From: Macrostomum lignano
Lineage: Eukaryota
Length of the DNA stretch: 64,000 nucleotides
Assembly (NCBI GenBank): GCA_002269645.1
Contig: NIVC01000012.1
Coordinates: forward strand, 496,001 to 560,000
Direction: 5' to 3'
The notes under the pieces were generated by a model. The model was not told where the DNA came from, ran no database searches, and saw nothing but the letters and a program-made list of their open reading frames with translations. Shown here piece after piece: positions 22,758 through 34,829 of this stretch. The position numbers and the translations under genes are program-made. The number at the start of each line of letters is the position of its first letter. Position 1 is the first letter of the stretch.

Positions 22758-24659
22758 GACCTGGTAGTCAGAGTAAAACAGGAGAATAAAATTTTGTTGT
22801 GATTTGTCTGCACGATTCTTCCATTTTTTATTCATATGAATGCAACGCTGACAGGTTTCAAAGAAACAGAAATTTCAAATCACCCCAATTTACTTCCCAC
22901 TCTATTTTTCCCTCTTTCTTCTCCACCCCACCTCAATTATCTAAAGCTAGAGGTCAGACGGGATCCCGATCCCAATCCAGAAATCTTGGGATCCCGAGGA
23001 AAATTGGATTCCCGTGGGACTAGAATCCCAATTCTAAAAAACACGAGAATCAAAAACAGGTCATTTGATTAAAAATTTATAGAATTAGTGATTATTTGAA
23101 TGTATTTTGTTTTACCTTGTATTCATTACATTATTAATTTGTTGGTTACAAAACTGTGCATCAATTTTGTTGTATTCTACTTTTTAATTTTGAAATTTTT
23201 AGCTCAATTTTGTTTAACTTTATATGGACCTACAAGCTACAATACATTAAAAGACCTGATCCTAATTTGAATCCTAAGATCCTGATCCCAATCCTGATCC
23301 CAAGAAAAAAATTACTTCCAATCCCAATCTTGGACTTGAATCTTGGTTTATGTTGAAGTAAAATTGAAAAAAAACATGAATTTTCATTCTGGCATATGCT
23401 TGCCATGATCCAGACTATGGTATTCAACTTTGTCTTTAGAATTAATAGTTGAGTAAGTTGACCTTTAAATTAAAAATGTTAGTAATATTGATATTATTGA
23501 ATAGAAAAAGTGAAAAATAGAAAAGTATTACTGAAGTTTTTGAAGCTTTAAATTGACCTAATCTATTGAGACTATCTATTTTCATTCTCACATAGCATCA
23601 AATACTAGCAACTATGAGGTCTGCAGTTTCGTTGAAATCAAAATTTGCTAACTTTCCAAAATCAAAATTGAAAATTCCCGAAATCTTAATTCAGAAAAAC
23701 AAAGTTTAGCATGATCAACACTCACTTTTTTACTTTCAATTTACTGCTTAAGCAAAAAGTAATACATGTATATGTAGTAGAAAGTAGTTTATTTTTGGTG
23801 ACTTTAGACACAACCGAAATTTTCACTTGTAATTTTTTTTCAAAATTGAAATTCGCTCTAAAAAAATTTAAAATTTGGAAAATTGAAATTGAATTTTTGG
23901 AACATCTCTAAGCTTAATAAATTACAAGTGTATAAGCCCCTTCAACAGAGGTATTATACCCATTTCCATGTATATGTATTTGCTAAAGCAGCAGCCAGTA
24001 AGAAAAGGCAGCGCGCGCAGGCGCTGCGCCTGTGCGCGGCTGCGCGCGCTGCGCTTTAGAAAAATTTCAAAAGTGCGCCGGACACCGTCTGCAGTTTTAC
24101 AACTTTTTCCTATAAGGGTTTGGGCCTTGTTATGTTTATATTACACTATATAAAAAAGTAACAAAAATTTGTCCCAGGATTGAATTTTGGGATCCCAGGA
24201 TTGCAATCCCTAGTCTATCAGCAATAAGTAAAATTTATAGAGTAAGAAAGAAACAATAGCATTTTAAGTGCCAAAGGTTAAAAAGGTATTTTCTGTTTTT
24301 AAACAAACTTGATGTTCAAATTTCCAACATTTTAATAGCCTATTTGTTGCATAGGAAAGTTCTACATTAATGTATACATTAATAATATATATAAGCAATA
24401 TTTGAGTCACTAGCTGTCTACAAGGGGATATATATATTGAACCCAGCTAGTAAACTGACTGAACTTTAGATTAATAAATCATAATATAGAATCATATGTG
24501 CAACCTCTACAAGTGAAATTAAATTAGCTATGCAAGTAGTTTTGAATAAAAATATGATTGTTTTGCAACTTACCCAAAAACAAAATTCAGCACCCCCCAT
24601 TAAGGAGGCAACAAAATTGGTAAAAAAAATTGAATACACTACATGTAGTTTCTCCTTGC

Positions 24660-24800
24660 AATAACCTCAGCAATTCCCCCTATAATCCTTAACATATCAG
24701 TTATTCCCCCCATGAGCCTTGACATCTCAGCAATGTTCCCCTAAGCATTGAAATCTCTACAAATCCCCCATCAGCCTAGAAATCTCAGTAATTTCATCTC
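24660..24800 (-). repeat. Inverted, degenerate units of the 30-bp GGGAATTGCTCAGATGCCAAGGCTCATGG family
   Basis: CCCATGAGCCTTGACATCTCAGCAAT at ~24708-24735 is the reverse complement of the unit in the 25305-26368 array. Confidence 0.7.
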
Positions 24801-25041
24801 AGTAATTTTATCTCTACTCTTATCTATTTGCTAGTCCCATCTCCTCTGTCTCGCATTTTCTCTCTTATCTGACCTGCAGCTATTGGCCAGGTTTATTTAT
24901 CTGGTCTTTGAGGTAGAAAAGTTTGCTAACAACTGCAACTAGAACATTGCTAGTATTTATATAAACCATTGGTGTAGCCTATTCTATTGGCTTACTGAAC
25001 ATTCAACTTTCTTCTTTCCAGCTCAATTGATTAGCACTAAA

Positions 25042-28000
25042 ATGTCATCGAATACAAATGGATCTGACAGCAATGCTGAAGTGAAGAAGGGCGAAAAAGT
25101 CAGTGGCATTAAAAGCTTCTTTGCTGGCGGAGCTGGTGGAATGTGCTGCGTTGCTACTGGCCATCCTTTGGACACGATAAAGGTGAGGAAATGTGAAATA
25201 TTTATACTCACAAAGGACATTAGATTCTTTTCACTAGGACTTTATTTTCAAACAGAGTTGTCATTTTAATGTTTCTTTGCTTTTGTTCGTTCATATAGAC
25301 TTCGCTGAAATAATGCTCAGATGCCAAGGCTCATGGGGGAATTGCTCAGATGCCAAGACTCATGGAGTAATTGCTCAGATACCAAAGCTCATCGGGGAAT
25401 TGCTCAGATACCAAAGCTCATCGGGGAATTGCTCAGATACCAAGGCTCATGGGGGCATTGCTCAGATACCAAAGCTCATCGGGGAATTGCTCAGATACCA
25501 AGGCTGATGGGGGAATTGCTGAGCTCTGATGCCAAGGCTCATTGGGGAATTGCTGAGCTGAGATGCCAAGGCTCATTGGGGAATTGCTCAGATACCAAGG
25601 CTCATGGGGGAATTGCTCAGATACCAAGGCTCATTGGGGAATTGCTGAGCTGAGATGCCAAGGCTCATGGGGGAATCGCTCAGATGCCAAGGCTCATGGG
25701 GGAATTTCTCTGATTCCAAGGCTCAAGGCTCATTAAATAAGAATCTAAAATACCCCCAAATAAGAATCTAAAATACCCCCAAATAAGAATCTAAAATACC
25801 CCCAAATAAGAATCTAAAATACCCCCAAATAGGAATCTAAAATACCCCCAAATAAGAATCTAGAATACCCCCAAAAAGGAATCTAGAATACCCCCAAATA
25901 GGAATCTAGAATACCACCAAATTGGAATTTAGAATACCCCAAATAAAAATCTAAAAAACCCCAAATTGGAATCTAGAATACCTCCAAATGAGGGATAATT
26001 GCTCAGATGCCAAGGCTCATGAGGGAATTGCTCAGATGCCAAGGCTCATGGGGGAGTTGCTCAGATGCCAAGGCTCATGGGGAGTTGCTAAGCTGAGATG
26101 CCAAGGCTCATGGGGAATTGCTCAAATGCCAAGGCTCATGGGGAATTGCTCAGATGCCAAGGCTCATGGGGGAATTGCTCAGATGCCAAGGCTCATGGGC
26201 TAATTGCTCAGATGCCAAGGCTCATGGGGAGTTGCTAAGCTGAGATGCCAAGGCTCATGGGGGTTGCTCAGATGCCAAGGCTCATGGGGAATTGCTCAGA
26301 TGCCAAGGCTCATGGGGGAATTGCTCAGATGCCAAGGCTCATGGGGGTTGCTCAGATGCCAAGGCTCAGCGCAAGTTAAATGTTACATGAATAAATGTGT
26401 GCAGAATTAATATAAGTTCACATTGCACTCATCCAGGTGAGGCTGCAGACTCAGCCGAAGCCGGGTCCGGGCGAGCAGCCTCGCTACCATGGCACGCTGG
26501 ACTGCGCCAAGAAGACCATTGCCAAGGAAGGATTCCGTGGCCTCTACAAAGGCATGCTAGCTCCCTTAGCCGGTGTGACGCCTATGTTTGCTGTCTGCTT
26601 TTTTGGCAACGATCTAGGCAAACGTTTGCAGATTAAAGATCCAAATGTGCCGCTAACTAAAGTGCAACTATTCCTAGCTGGAGGTCTATCGGGCGTGTTC
26701 ACTACAAGCATTATGGTGCCTGGCGAGCGAATCAAATGCCTACTGCAGATCCAAGCCGATAGTCACGGGCCGCAGAAGTACAAAGGGCCGATTGACTGCG
26801 CTAAACAATTGTACAAGGAAGGCGGTATTCGCAGTATCTACAAGGTACGAAAGTTAATTTACTTACTTAATAATGTTATAATTGATTACACCTGCGCCAA
26901 TGGGCAGCTATTGATATACGCAACTGAAGACTGCGTACGGCTGTTTAGTCCAAGTAGGTCTGGGAAGTCGCCACAACACACTCTCAATTACCCCAGCTAG
27001 TGCTGGGTAACTCATTTTACAGCTGAGTTGGTCGAGAATCGAACCCCCGACCTTTCAGTCGTCGTGAGGCTAATGCTCTAATCACTAGGCTAAAAGCCCC
27101 GTTCTTATTTTAGCATGATCATGTTATTAGTATAGTGGATGGCTTTTGAGCTTGCACAGTCACTATTGTTGTTTTCTTTAGTAAATAATGTTTAAAGCAA
27201 AAATGCATCAGCCCTATCTACATTAGCATACCCTTTGAGCTATTGTCTAACCCTAACTCTCTTGATGCTTGACCTACCTAAAACTCCCCATTAAGCCTTG
27301 AACTCTCAGCAATAGAAGGGGTTGTAGCCTAGTGTTCAGAGCGTCAGACTCACGACTTGCTTTAAGGTCCGGGGTTCGATTCTCGATCCACTCAGAACAA
27401 TTTGTGTCCTTGAGCAAGGCACTTAACTCTGTTGTAAAATGGGTGCCAGCATTAGCTGGGGTAATTGAGGCTGTGTGGCGACCCCCCAGTCCTTGGACTG
27501 AGCAGCCGTACGCAGCCTTCAGATGCGCCGGGCAATAGCTGCGGCTGAGCTGTCGGTTGTTTATCTGTCCATTAAGGCAGTTTTAATCAATTATTATTAC
27601 ATATTATTTAAAAAACACATTTGTTAAGAATATTTTTTGCTAAGTAGTTGTAGCTGTAGTCCCCATACAACTAAGGTTAAAATAATCAATATTCTTATTA
27701 AATTTGCGTAATGCACTAAAGTAAAGTAACCGTTGATTTAAAGTGGAAAGTTTAGGAATTTTTTACTGTGGCGCTAAGAGTAGTTAAAATGTTCTGTTAG
27801 CTAATTCTTCTGTAGTATCATGACCCGCGATTGCTTCAAGACTTGAGCTTTATAACGCACAGCTAATAGATAAAGATCTGCTTCCAAGTCGAGACTGTAT
27901 GTGTTGCGGTGTATAAAGTCCACTATTTCTTATTCGTTAGACAAGTGTAAAAATATTCCAGTAGAGGAATTCACTGCTTGCTGGTGTCATGGGCTTTGGA

Positions 28001-28834
28001 ATTTTTTATTTTCTGATAAGAAATAAGAAATAAGAAAATAAGAAATCCCTCTTAAGATTTCCACTAGTCAGTTTGGTTCAAATTTTTATAATTATTCAGG
28101 TGCTTAATATTGTGCTAAATTTTAGTTTTTTATATTTCTTTCAGTAGCCTAATAGAAGTAATGCGTCTAGATTCTAAAAAATGAAGTCATCGCCATATGG
28201 AGTTTTAAATTTTTTTTAAAATGTCCTATCTCTATTACTAATAAGTAGGCAAGTAGTGTGTGTTTTTAAAAATGCTATCAGTTCGTTTAATGGGTAAAAA
28301 TCTATATAGATGATGAAAATAGATTATGTCATCGCCATGTGAATTTTTCCGTATTATACTTTAAATATCCTATTTTTATTACTTATTAGTAGGCAAGTAG
28401 TGCGTTTTATGTTTTTTATTTAATTTATTACTTTTCACGCACCGTAGGGCACCGCCGCCACTCTGCTGCGCGACGTTCCAGCCAGCGGGATGTACTTTAT
28501 GAGCTACGAATGGGTGAAAGAGTTGCTAACCCCTGCTGGTCACTCCAAGAGTGAACTGTCACCAGCTAGGGTGCTACTTGCCGGCGGTATGGCTGGTATA
28601 TTCAACTGGCTGGTGGCTCTGCCGCAGGATGTGTTGAAATCGCGGCTGCAGACAGCTCCGGAGGGCCGCTACCCCAATGGCATTCGATCGGTGTTTACCG
28701 AACTTATGGCCACTGAGGGTCCGGCCGCCCTGTACAAGGGCGCCACCCCTGTATTGCTGCGCGCCTTCCCGGCTAACGCTGCCTGTTTCCTTGGTTACGA
28801 GGTTACTATCAAATTGTTGGATATGCTGTTTTGA
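25042..28834 (+). CDS. SLC25A20: Mitochondrial carnitine/acylcarnitine carrier (SLC25A20 / colt / dif-1 type), 311 aa
   Basis: Exons 25042-25182, 26437-26844, 28448-28834, all phase 0, GT-AG. Three carrier repeats: [34 protein letters not shown]. Also [17 protein letters not shown] and [22 protein letters not shown] at 28881. Confidence 0.95.
25305..26368 (+). repeat. 30-bp minisatellite (GGGAATTGCTCAGATGCCAAGGCTCATGG) in SLC25A20 intron 1, interrupted at 25737-25990 by a different array
   Basis: Tandem units at 25305-25735 and 25990-26368. Confidence 0.95.
25737..25990 (+). repeat. 22-bp minisatellite (AGGAATCTAGAATACCCCCAAAT) nested inside the 30-bp array
   Basis: Same unit as 29083-29803. 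Confidence 0.9.
26940..27100 (-). mobile_element. tRNA-derived SINE (intron 2 of SLC25A20)
   Basis: Minus strand: GGGGCTTTTAGCCTAGTGATTAGAGC (A box) .. GGTTCGATTCTCG (B box) .. CTGTAAAATGAGTTACCCAGCACTAGCTGGGGTAATTGAG, matching the copy at 27318. Confidence 0.75.
27318..27545 (+). mobile_element. tRNA-derived CORE-type SINE (intron 2 of SLC25A20)
   Basis: A box TAGCCTAGTG, B box GGTTCGATTC, CORE-like GTGTCCTTGAGCAAGGCACTTAAC..GTAAAATGGG. Confidence 0.8.
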
Positions 28835-29082
28835 GACTGGTTTGTGTGTGCTTTGATTGTCCTTGCTATTTAGGACTAAAAATAAATGTATTTTATTATC
28901 CTATTGTTGCTTCTCTGAAGAAAGCTGAACAACTTTTTGTGAAGTAAATTCTATTTATTATGGTTAGAGTTTGTTTCAATTGATTCTAATTGATTTGTAT
29001 TGTACACCTAATATGCTTGTTGCTAAGTGCCATACACCTGTCTTTGTTTGACTGGTTAAACATTGATAAATGATTTTGTATT

Positions 29083-29803
29083 CTAGAATACCCCCAAATA
29101 GGAATCTAGAATACCACCAAATTGGAATCTAGAATACCACCAAATTGGAATTTAGAATACCCCAAATAGAAATCTAAAAAAACCCCAAATTGGAATCCAG
29201 AATACCCCAAATATAAATCTAGAATACCCCAAAAAGGAATCTAGAATGCCCCCAAATGCGAATCTAGAATACCCCCAAATAGGAATCTAGAATACCCCCA
29301 AATAAGAATCTAGAATACCCCAAAAAGGAATCTATAATAACCCCAAATAGGAATCTAGAATACCCCCAAATAGGAATCTAGAATACCCCCAAATAGGAAT
29401 CTAGAATACCCCCAAATAGGAATCTAGAATACCCCCAAATAGGAATCTAGAATACCCCCAAATAGGAATCTAGAATACCCCCAAATTGGAATCTAGAATA
29501 CCCCCAAATAGGAATCTAGAATACCCCCAAATAGGAATCTAGAATACCCCCAAATAGGAATCTAGAATACCCCCAAATAGGAATCTAGAATACCCCCAAA
29601 TAGGAATCTAGAATACCCCCAAATAGGAATCTAGAATACCCCCAAATTGGAATCTAGAATACCCACAAATAGGAATCTAGAATACCCCAAATAGGAATCT
29701 AGAATACCCCCAAATTGGAATCTAGAATACCCCCAAATTGGAATCTAGAATACCCCCAAATTGGAATCTAGAATACCCCCAAATTGGAATCTAGAATACT
29801 ACC
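29083..29803 (+). repeat. 22-bp minisatellite (AGGAATCTAGAATACCCCCAAAT)
   Basis: Tandem units. Confidence 0.95.
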
Positions 29804-30285
29804 AATCGGTATCTTCTTAGCATCCCATTTTAATAGTCCCTCATGCATCCCGATTTCACCTTGCCAATTTTGATCACATAAGAAAATTAGAAAACAGAAG
29901 CTGATGTCTATTTTATATTTACTAGAATTCAAGTTTTGTTTTCATTAGTAGTGCTTACTCGGTAATATTCTTTATAATGTAATTATTTCTGTTTGTTAAA
30001 TATAACAATTAATAATTTGTTGACTTTCTTGAAGCTCGATCGTTCAAGTTTTCATCAACTTCTAACAAATATATATTCTTTATTTAAACTGTCATCGTTC
30101 CTTTACTTTATTAAAAGATCTGAACTAAATACATTTGCACTGATTGGCTTTATCTGACTGTTGATTCAATATATGTTGTACCGTTTCCTAACTGCTTTGT
30201 TTAAGTCAGGCTGGTTCACACGTAGGAGATTACAAGCTAGACATGCTTTTCCGGGCACTCTTTGTGTCCCATGAGCTGAATCTAT

Positions 30286-30600
30286 CTGTCTGTCTGTCTA
30301 TCTATATGTCTGTCTATCTATCCATCTACCTACCTGTCTATCTATCTATCTGTCTATCTATCTATCTGTCTTTCTATCTATATGTCTGTCTATCTATCCA
30401 TCTACCTACCTGTCTATCTATCTATCTGTCTATCTATCTATCCATCTACCTACCTGTCTATCTATCTATCTGTCTATCTATCTATCCATCTACCTACCTG
30501 TCTATCTATCTGTCTGTCTATCTATCTATCCATCTACCTACCTATCTGTGTATCTATCTATCTGTCTATCTATCTATACATCTATTTACCTATCTATCCG
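30286..30600 (+). repeat. (TCTA/TCTG/CCTA)n microsatellite
   Basis: Direct inspection. Confidence 0.95.
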
Positions 30601-31095
30601 GATAAATAAACAGTGCCCTGTGCTTGATCTCATACAATTTATAAAACATGCTGCAGGCCGCCGCTAAGTTGAGTCATTGACTTAAACAGGGTGAGAAAAA
30701 CCTAGCCTAAGTCAACCATGTATGCTTTTTTTAGTGCGGGCACACACTATAAGGTTTATATCGTGCTCTATGGGCTGGGATGTTTTGGCCATAGACTACA
30801 GAATGGTCGGTTCATGTAATTTTGAGAGAGAAACGTCTCTTCTTAGATGCAACTGAACTTTAATTTCTCGCTGACCAAATTAGAAGTCCTATAGTTAAAT
30901 CATTATAATTTAAACAAGTCAAACTTTCATTCTCACTCTCGCAATAAATTCTCACCCATAACTCACACGGGCTGTACATCGGTCCAGACTAGCTATCAAT
31001 AAACCACAGGGTAATTATTGTGACTTGCGTAGCTACTATGTCCTTAATTCTTCTATCTATTCAATCTAAATTACAAAATCAAATGTCTTAAAAAT

Positions 31096-32761
31096 ATGTT
31101 TCTTCAGGCCGACGTTACAAAGGTATTTCGAGCCGCTGTTAAAGCGCTCGAACTGCGCAAAGGTCTGTCGAATTCTCTGCAACAACAACAGCAGCAGCAG
31201 CAGCAGCAACAGAAGACGCCAAAAGAAGATTTGCAATGCAATTTTTCCACCCAAGGCCGCCAATTGCACTCGCTAATAGTGCAGGCACGCAATATTGTCC
31301 AGTCTGCTCAGTCGGATTCTACAGAGTCGGCAAGAACTACTCCGGCAGTTGAGCAAGAGATCGCTCGAATGTTGGCAGCTTGCGATGCGGGATTGAATAG
31401 ATTGACGTCTCAATTAGCTGAACCATCCGCTGCTGTTGCTGGGCCGCAAGTTCTGGCGCATCGACGTGAAGTGACGCAGATTTTACGCGAACGCTTACAG
31501 GTGAACGCTTGCACAGTTGCTTATCTGCTTGGGTTTCTAAAGCTACAAGGGGATAGTGCCAGCTACAGTGGGTATTGGGTAGTTCCAGCTGCAGTGGGTA
31601 GTGCCAGCTACAGTGGGTATTGGGTAGTTCCAGCTGCAGTGGGTAGTGCCAGCTACAGTGGGTAGTTCCAGCTGCAGTGGGTAGTGCCAGCTACAGTGGG
31701 TAGTGTCAGCAGTGGGTAGTGGGCAGTGCCAGCCACAGTGGGTAGTGCCAGCTACAGTGGGTAGTTCCAGCTGCAGTGGGTAGTGCCAGCTACAGTGGGT
31801 AGTGCCAGCCACAGTGGGTAGTGCCAGTTACAGTGGGTAGTGCCAGCTACAGTGGGTAGTGCCAGTTACAGTGGGTAGTGCCAGCTACAGTGGGTAGTGC
31901 CAGCTGCAGTGGGTAGTGCCAGCCACAGTGGGTAGTGCCAGCTACAGTGGGTAGTTCCAGCTGCAGTGGGTAGTGCCAGCTACAGTGGGTAGTGCCAGCC
32001 ACAGTGGGTAGTTCCAGCTGCAGTGGGTAGTGCCAGCTACAGTGGGTAGTTCCAGCTGCAGTGGGTAGTGCCAGCTACAGTGGGTAGTTCCAGCTGCAGT
32101 GGGTAGTGCCAGCTACAGTGGGTAGTTGGCAGTGCCAGCTATAGCGGAGCCACTCTCACCAGCTACTTATCAGTGAGTGCACAGCACTAAGCTTGCCGAA
32201 TACCCTTTACCTTACCCTCCCTCTCACGCCTCTCGGCAGACAATCGCTGCCAGCCATCGAGCCGCCTGTCACCGGCGCCGTCGCCGAGCCCGTCTGCAAG
32301 CCGAATTCGTGCCAGCCTCCGTGCTGCAGCGTCGGCGAAATCCTACTAATCAGTCGAAATCTTCTGTTGCATCAAAAACGACATCGACAACCGTGCAGCC
32401 GCCGCAACCCGACGATCCGATAGTAGAGTCGCTCAGCCCAGATGAGAAAGCCGAACTGCAACAAGAGAGCATAGCCATGCTAAACGAGCTCACAGCATTA
32501 AGCGGAGATGTTAAACAAGTTGAAAGTCAACTAACACAGATTGCCAGTTTGCAGAGGCAGTTCGGCGAGCGAGTGCTAGAACAGGAAGGTCAAATCGATC
32601 ATATCCACGTGGAGACAGTGTCCAGCGTTGAGAATGTTCGCTACGGCAATGAACAGTTGCGTAAGGCGATGCAGAATAAGGCTAGTCTAAGATTCTGGCT
32701 GCTCTTCTATCTGATTGTCACTTCTCTGACTCTGTGGTTTCTGGACTGGTACAATGATTAA
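31096..32761 (+). CDS. STX18: Syntaxin-18 (ER Qa-SNARE)
   Basis: Exons 31096-31500 and 32240-32761 (phase 0, CAG|GTGAAC .. CGGCAG|ACA). N-terminal ADVTKVFRAAVK, SNARE motif VKQVESQLTQIASLQRQFGERVLEQEGQIDHI..NVRYGNEQLRKA, and the STX18-typical C-terminus RFWLLFYLIVTSLTLWFLDWYND*. Confidence 0.93.
31552..32142 (+). repeat. 19-bp minisatellite (GTGCCAGCTACAGTGGGTA) filling the STX18 intron
   Basis: Tandem units. Confidence 0.95.
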
Positions 32762-32965
32762 ATACTGTGCTCTAGAGTCTACTGTAGCTTGTGATTTAAT
32801 TGAAGATTTCAAGTATAAATTTTATTGAATAATTTGTGTTTTTCTGGATATTTAATTCTTTATTTGAATTACTTAATATCAGAGTAAACATTTTTCTTAG
32901 TTATAATTAGCAATCAGATTCAATCAGTATTTAAGGATAATTGGTTCAGTTAATTAGAGTTAACC

Positions 32966-34118
32966 TCAGATATTTGTTTTTAAGGCCGTTCCTAACAGCA
33001 AGCCGAGCGCCGTCGTTAGCACAATCGTTGATGAAGCACGACTATAATTTGCGCCTCCGTAGATCAGGTACAGCTCCTCAGCTATGTCCATGTTGCACTT
33101 GTTGCCACGGCAACAGATTGGGCAGTAACGATTATTTTGAAAGTCGCACACGGTCCAGTTGCTGACGCAATAGAAATAGTTGAAGTTAGTATTGCAGCCT
33201 GCGTGAAATCTTATGCCATTAAAGGCTATAAGGCACAGGCTGCCCCTTGCGCAAAGGTGGTTTATCGGTTTTCGTAGCTCCGGCACATCCGTAATTGGCC
33301 AATTAAGAAGAAGACCTAAACAATTGTACGAAGCCTGCTCCTCGGGATCCAAGCTGTCAACTGCCAAGTATTCGGTCGATCTCTGCAGATTAGTATCATT
33401 GTTAAGCTCGAGAAGCGGCAAGTCCATTGCTGTCCCAATGCTAGAGATGTTTGTAAAGCAGAGACTAGTACAGCCTATTGAGCTTTCTGTGGTTCCGTTC
33501 GCGCTGATGTTCATGTAGAGAGTGCGGCTCGACATGCATAGGGTATTGCCATCTGTCACGAGGCTCGCTACCACGGTCTGCAATGTTTTGTTTTTGGAGG
33601 TACTTTGTAGGCACTATTTGAAAACTTTCCTGCAAGAATTGGGAGTCGAACGTATCAAAGAACAATGAGACATTCAACTATTAATTGTTAAACTGAACTT
33701 TCACATCTCCGATCTTAACGCAATCCTCCAAAAGAATATCGAAAGTTTGTCTACGAGCTATGCATTAGCTTAAGTCAGCGTGTGTTCTTGCTTGAGTTTT
33801 CCTTGTAGTACTTACAGTATTTTCGACCGTTACCAACTTTAAGGTCCAGTTGAAGACGCTTCCTGGTCGTAAAAAATCGTATCTTATATAGCTCTGCTCG
33901 GTCCTTGGTGCCCAGTCAGGATCCGTGAGGTTCTCCAGCCACGCCCAAGTGTGCCACTGGAGCAGCAGAGTAGGTGCCGAGCTGTTTGGCTTGAGGGAGT
34001 CGGGCGGCAGCTTCGGCTGGCAAATGTCAGAGTCTGATATCAACATCGACTGTTGTGTGTCTGCCGTCGCTGCTGCAACGCAGCTCAGATACAGAATAAT
34101 TATGACAGAGTTCCACAT
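32966..34118 (-). CDS. Secreted, probably GPI-anchored protein with C-terminal Ly6/uPAR (three-finger)-like 10-Cys domain, ~316 aa
   Basis: Exons (minus) 33816-34118 and 32966-33613 (ACT|GTAAGT; TTTTCAAATAG|TGC, phase 0). Signal peptide MWNSVIIILYLSCVAAATA, many NxS/T sites, Cys domain ending CPICCRGNKCN, hydrophobic tail SSTIVLTTALGLLLGTALKTNI*. Confidence 0.75.
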
Positions 34119-34829
34119 CTTGCACTTTAACTTGGAAATCTTGGTCCGACCTGCTGGGCTGCATGAACTGCAAAGCTTTTAATCTATATATATACTGAAG
34201 ATAAACAGCAGCTCCACTAGTCTCGATGAGTCAATGCTGGTGTAGGCCAGGAGTGAAGCTTATCGTGTAGACTACTGAACAGTCATATCAGCGACTCTTC
34301 AGGCAGAATATTAAGAAAAAGACCGAATCCAAATTAAAACTTCGACAGCGCTGATACCTTTACTAATTATGACTAAAACTAGCCTGTCTAAAGCTGACAT
34401 CTTCAATAGATATTGTTACAAGAGATATGAAAACTATAAATATACGAGTACAAAATGCAGATCTTAAAACTTATAAATTGGTGAAAATGTTTCTTTTGAC
34501 TGTTGCATTTGGTACTCAGAATTTTTTCGAATACACATGCTGATAAAATCGTTCCACCTAGCTTCATTAGCTGAGTTAAATGTCATTTAGTGCCTTCTAT
34601 GATTTATGAAGCGACATCTGAGACCTCGTACCAGAATTGCCATGATTTTCCTAGCCTAGTATTCCGTCCCGATGTTTGAGTAGTCCCTAGATGAGAATTT
34701 GATTCTCAAAGCTTATCGAAAGACTGGGCTTTTATTTTATTTTTAATTAATTAATAATTAGATTTTATTGGATTCTACTGATCAAATAATCAAAAACCCA
34801 GCCCTACGATCACAGGACTGAGGATCACT

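Noticed and set aside
17765-24153. Short ORFs in the AT-rich domain
   Set aside because: Low-complexity Leu/Ile/Phe/Lys composition with no recognisable motifs or splice context
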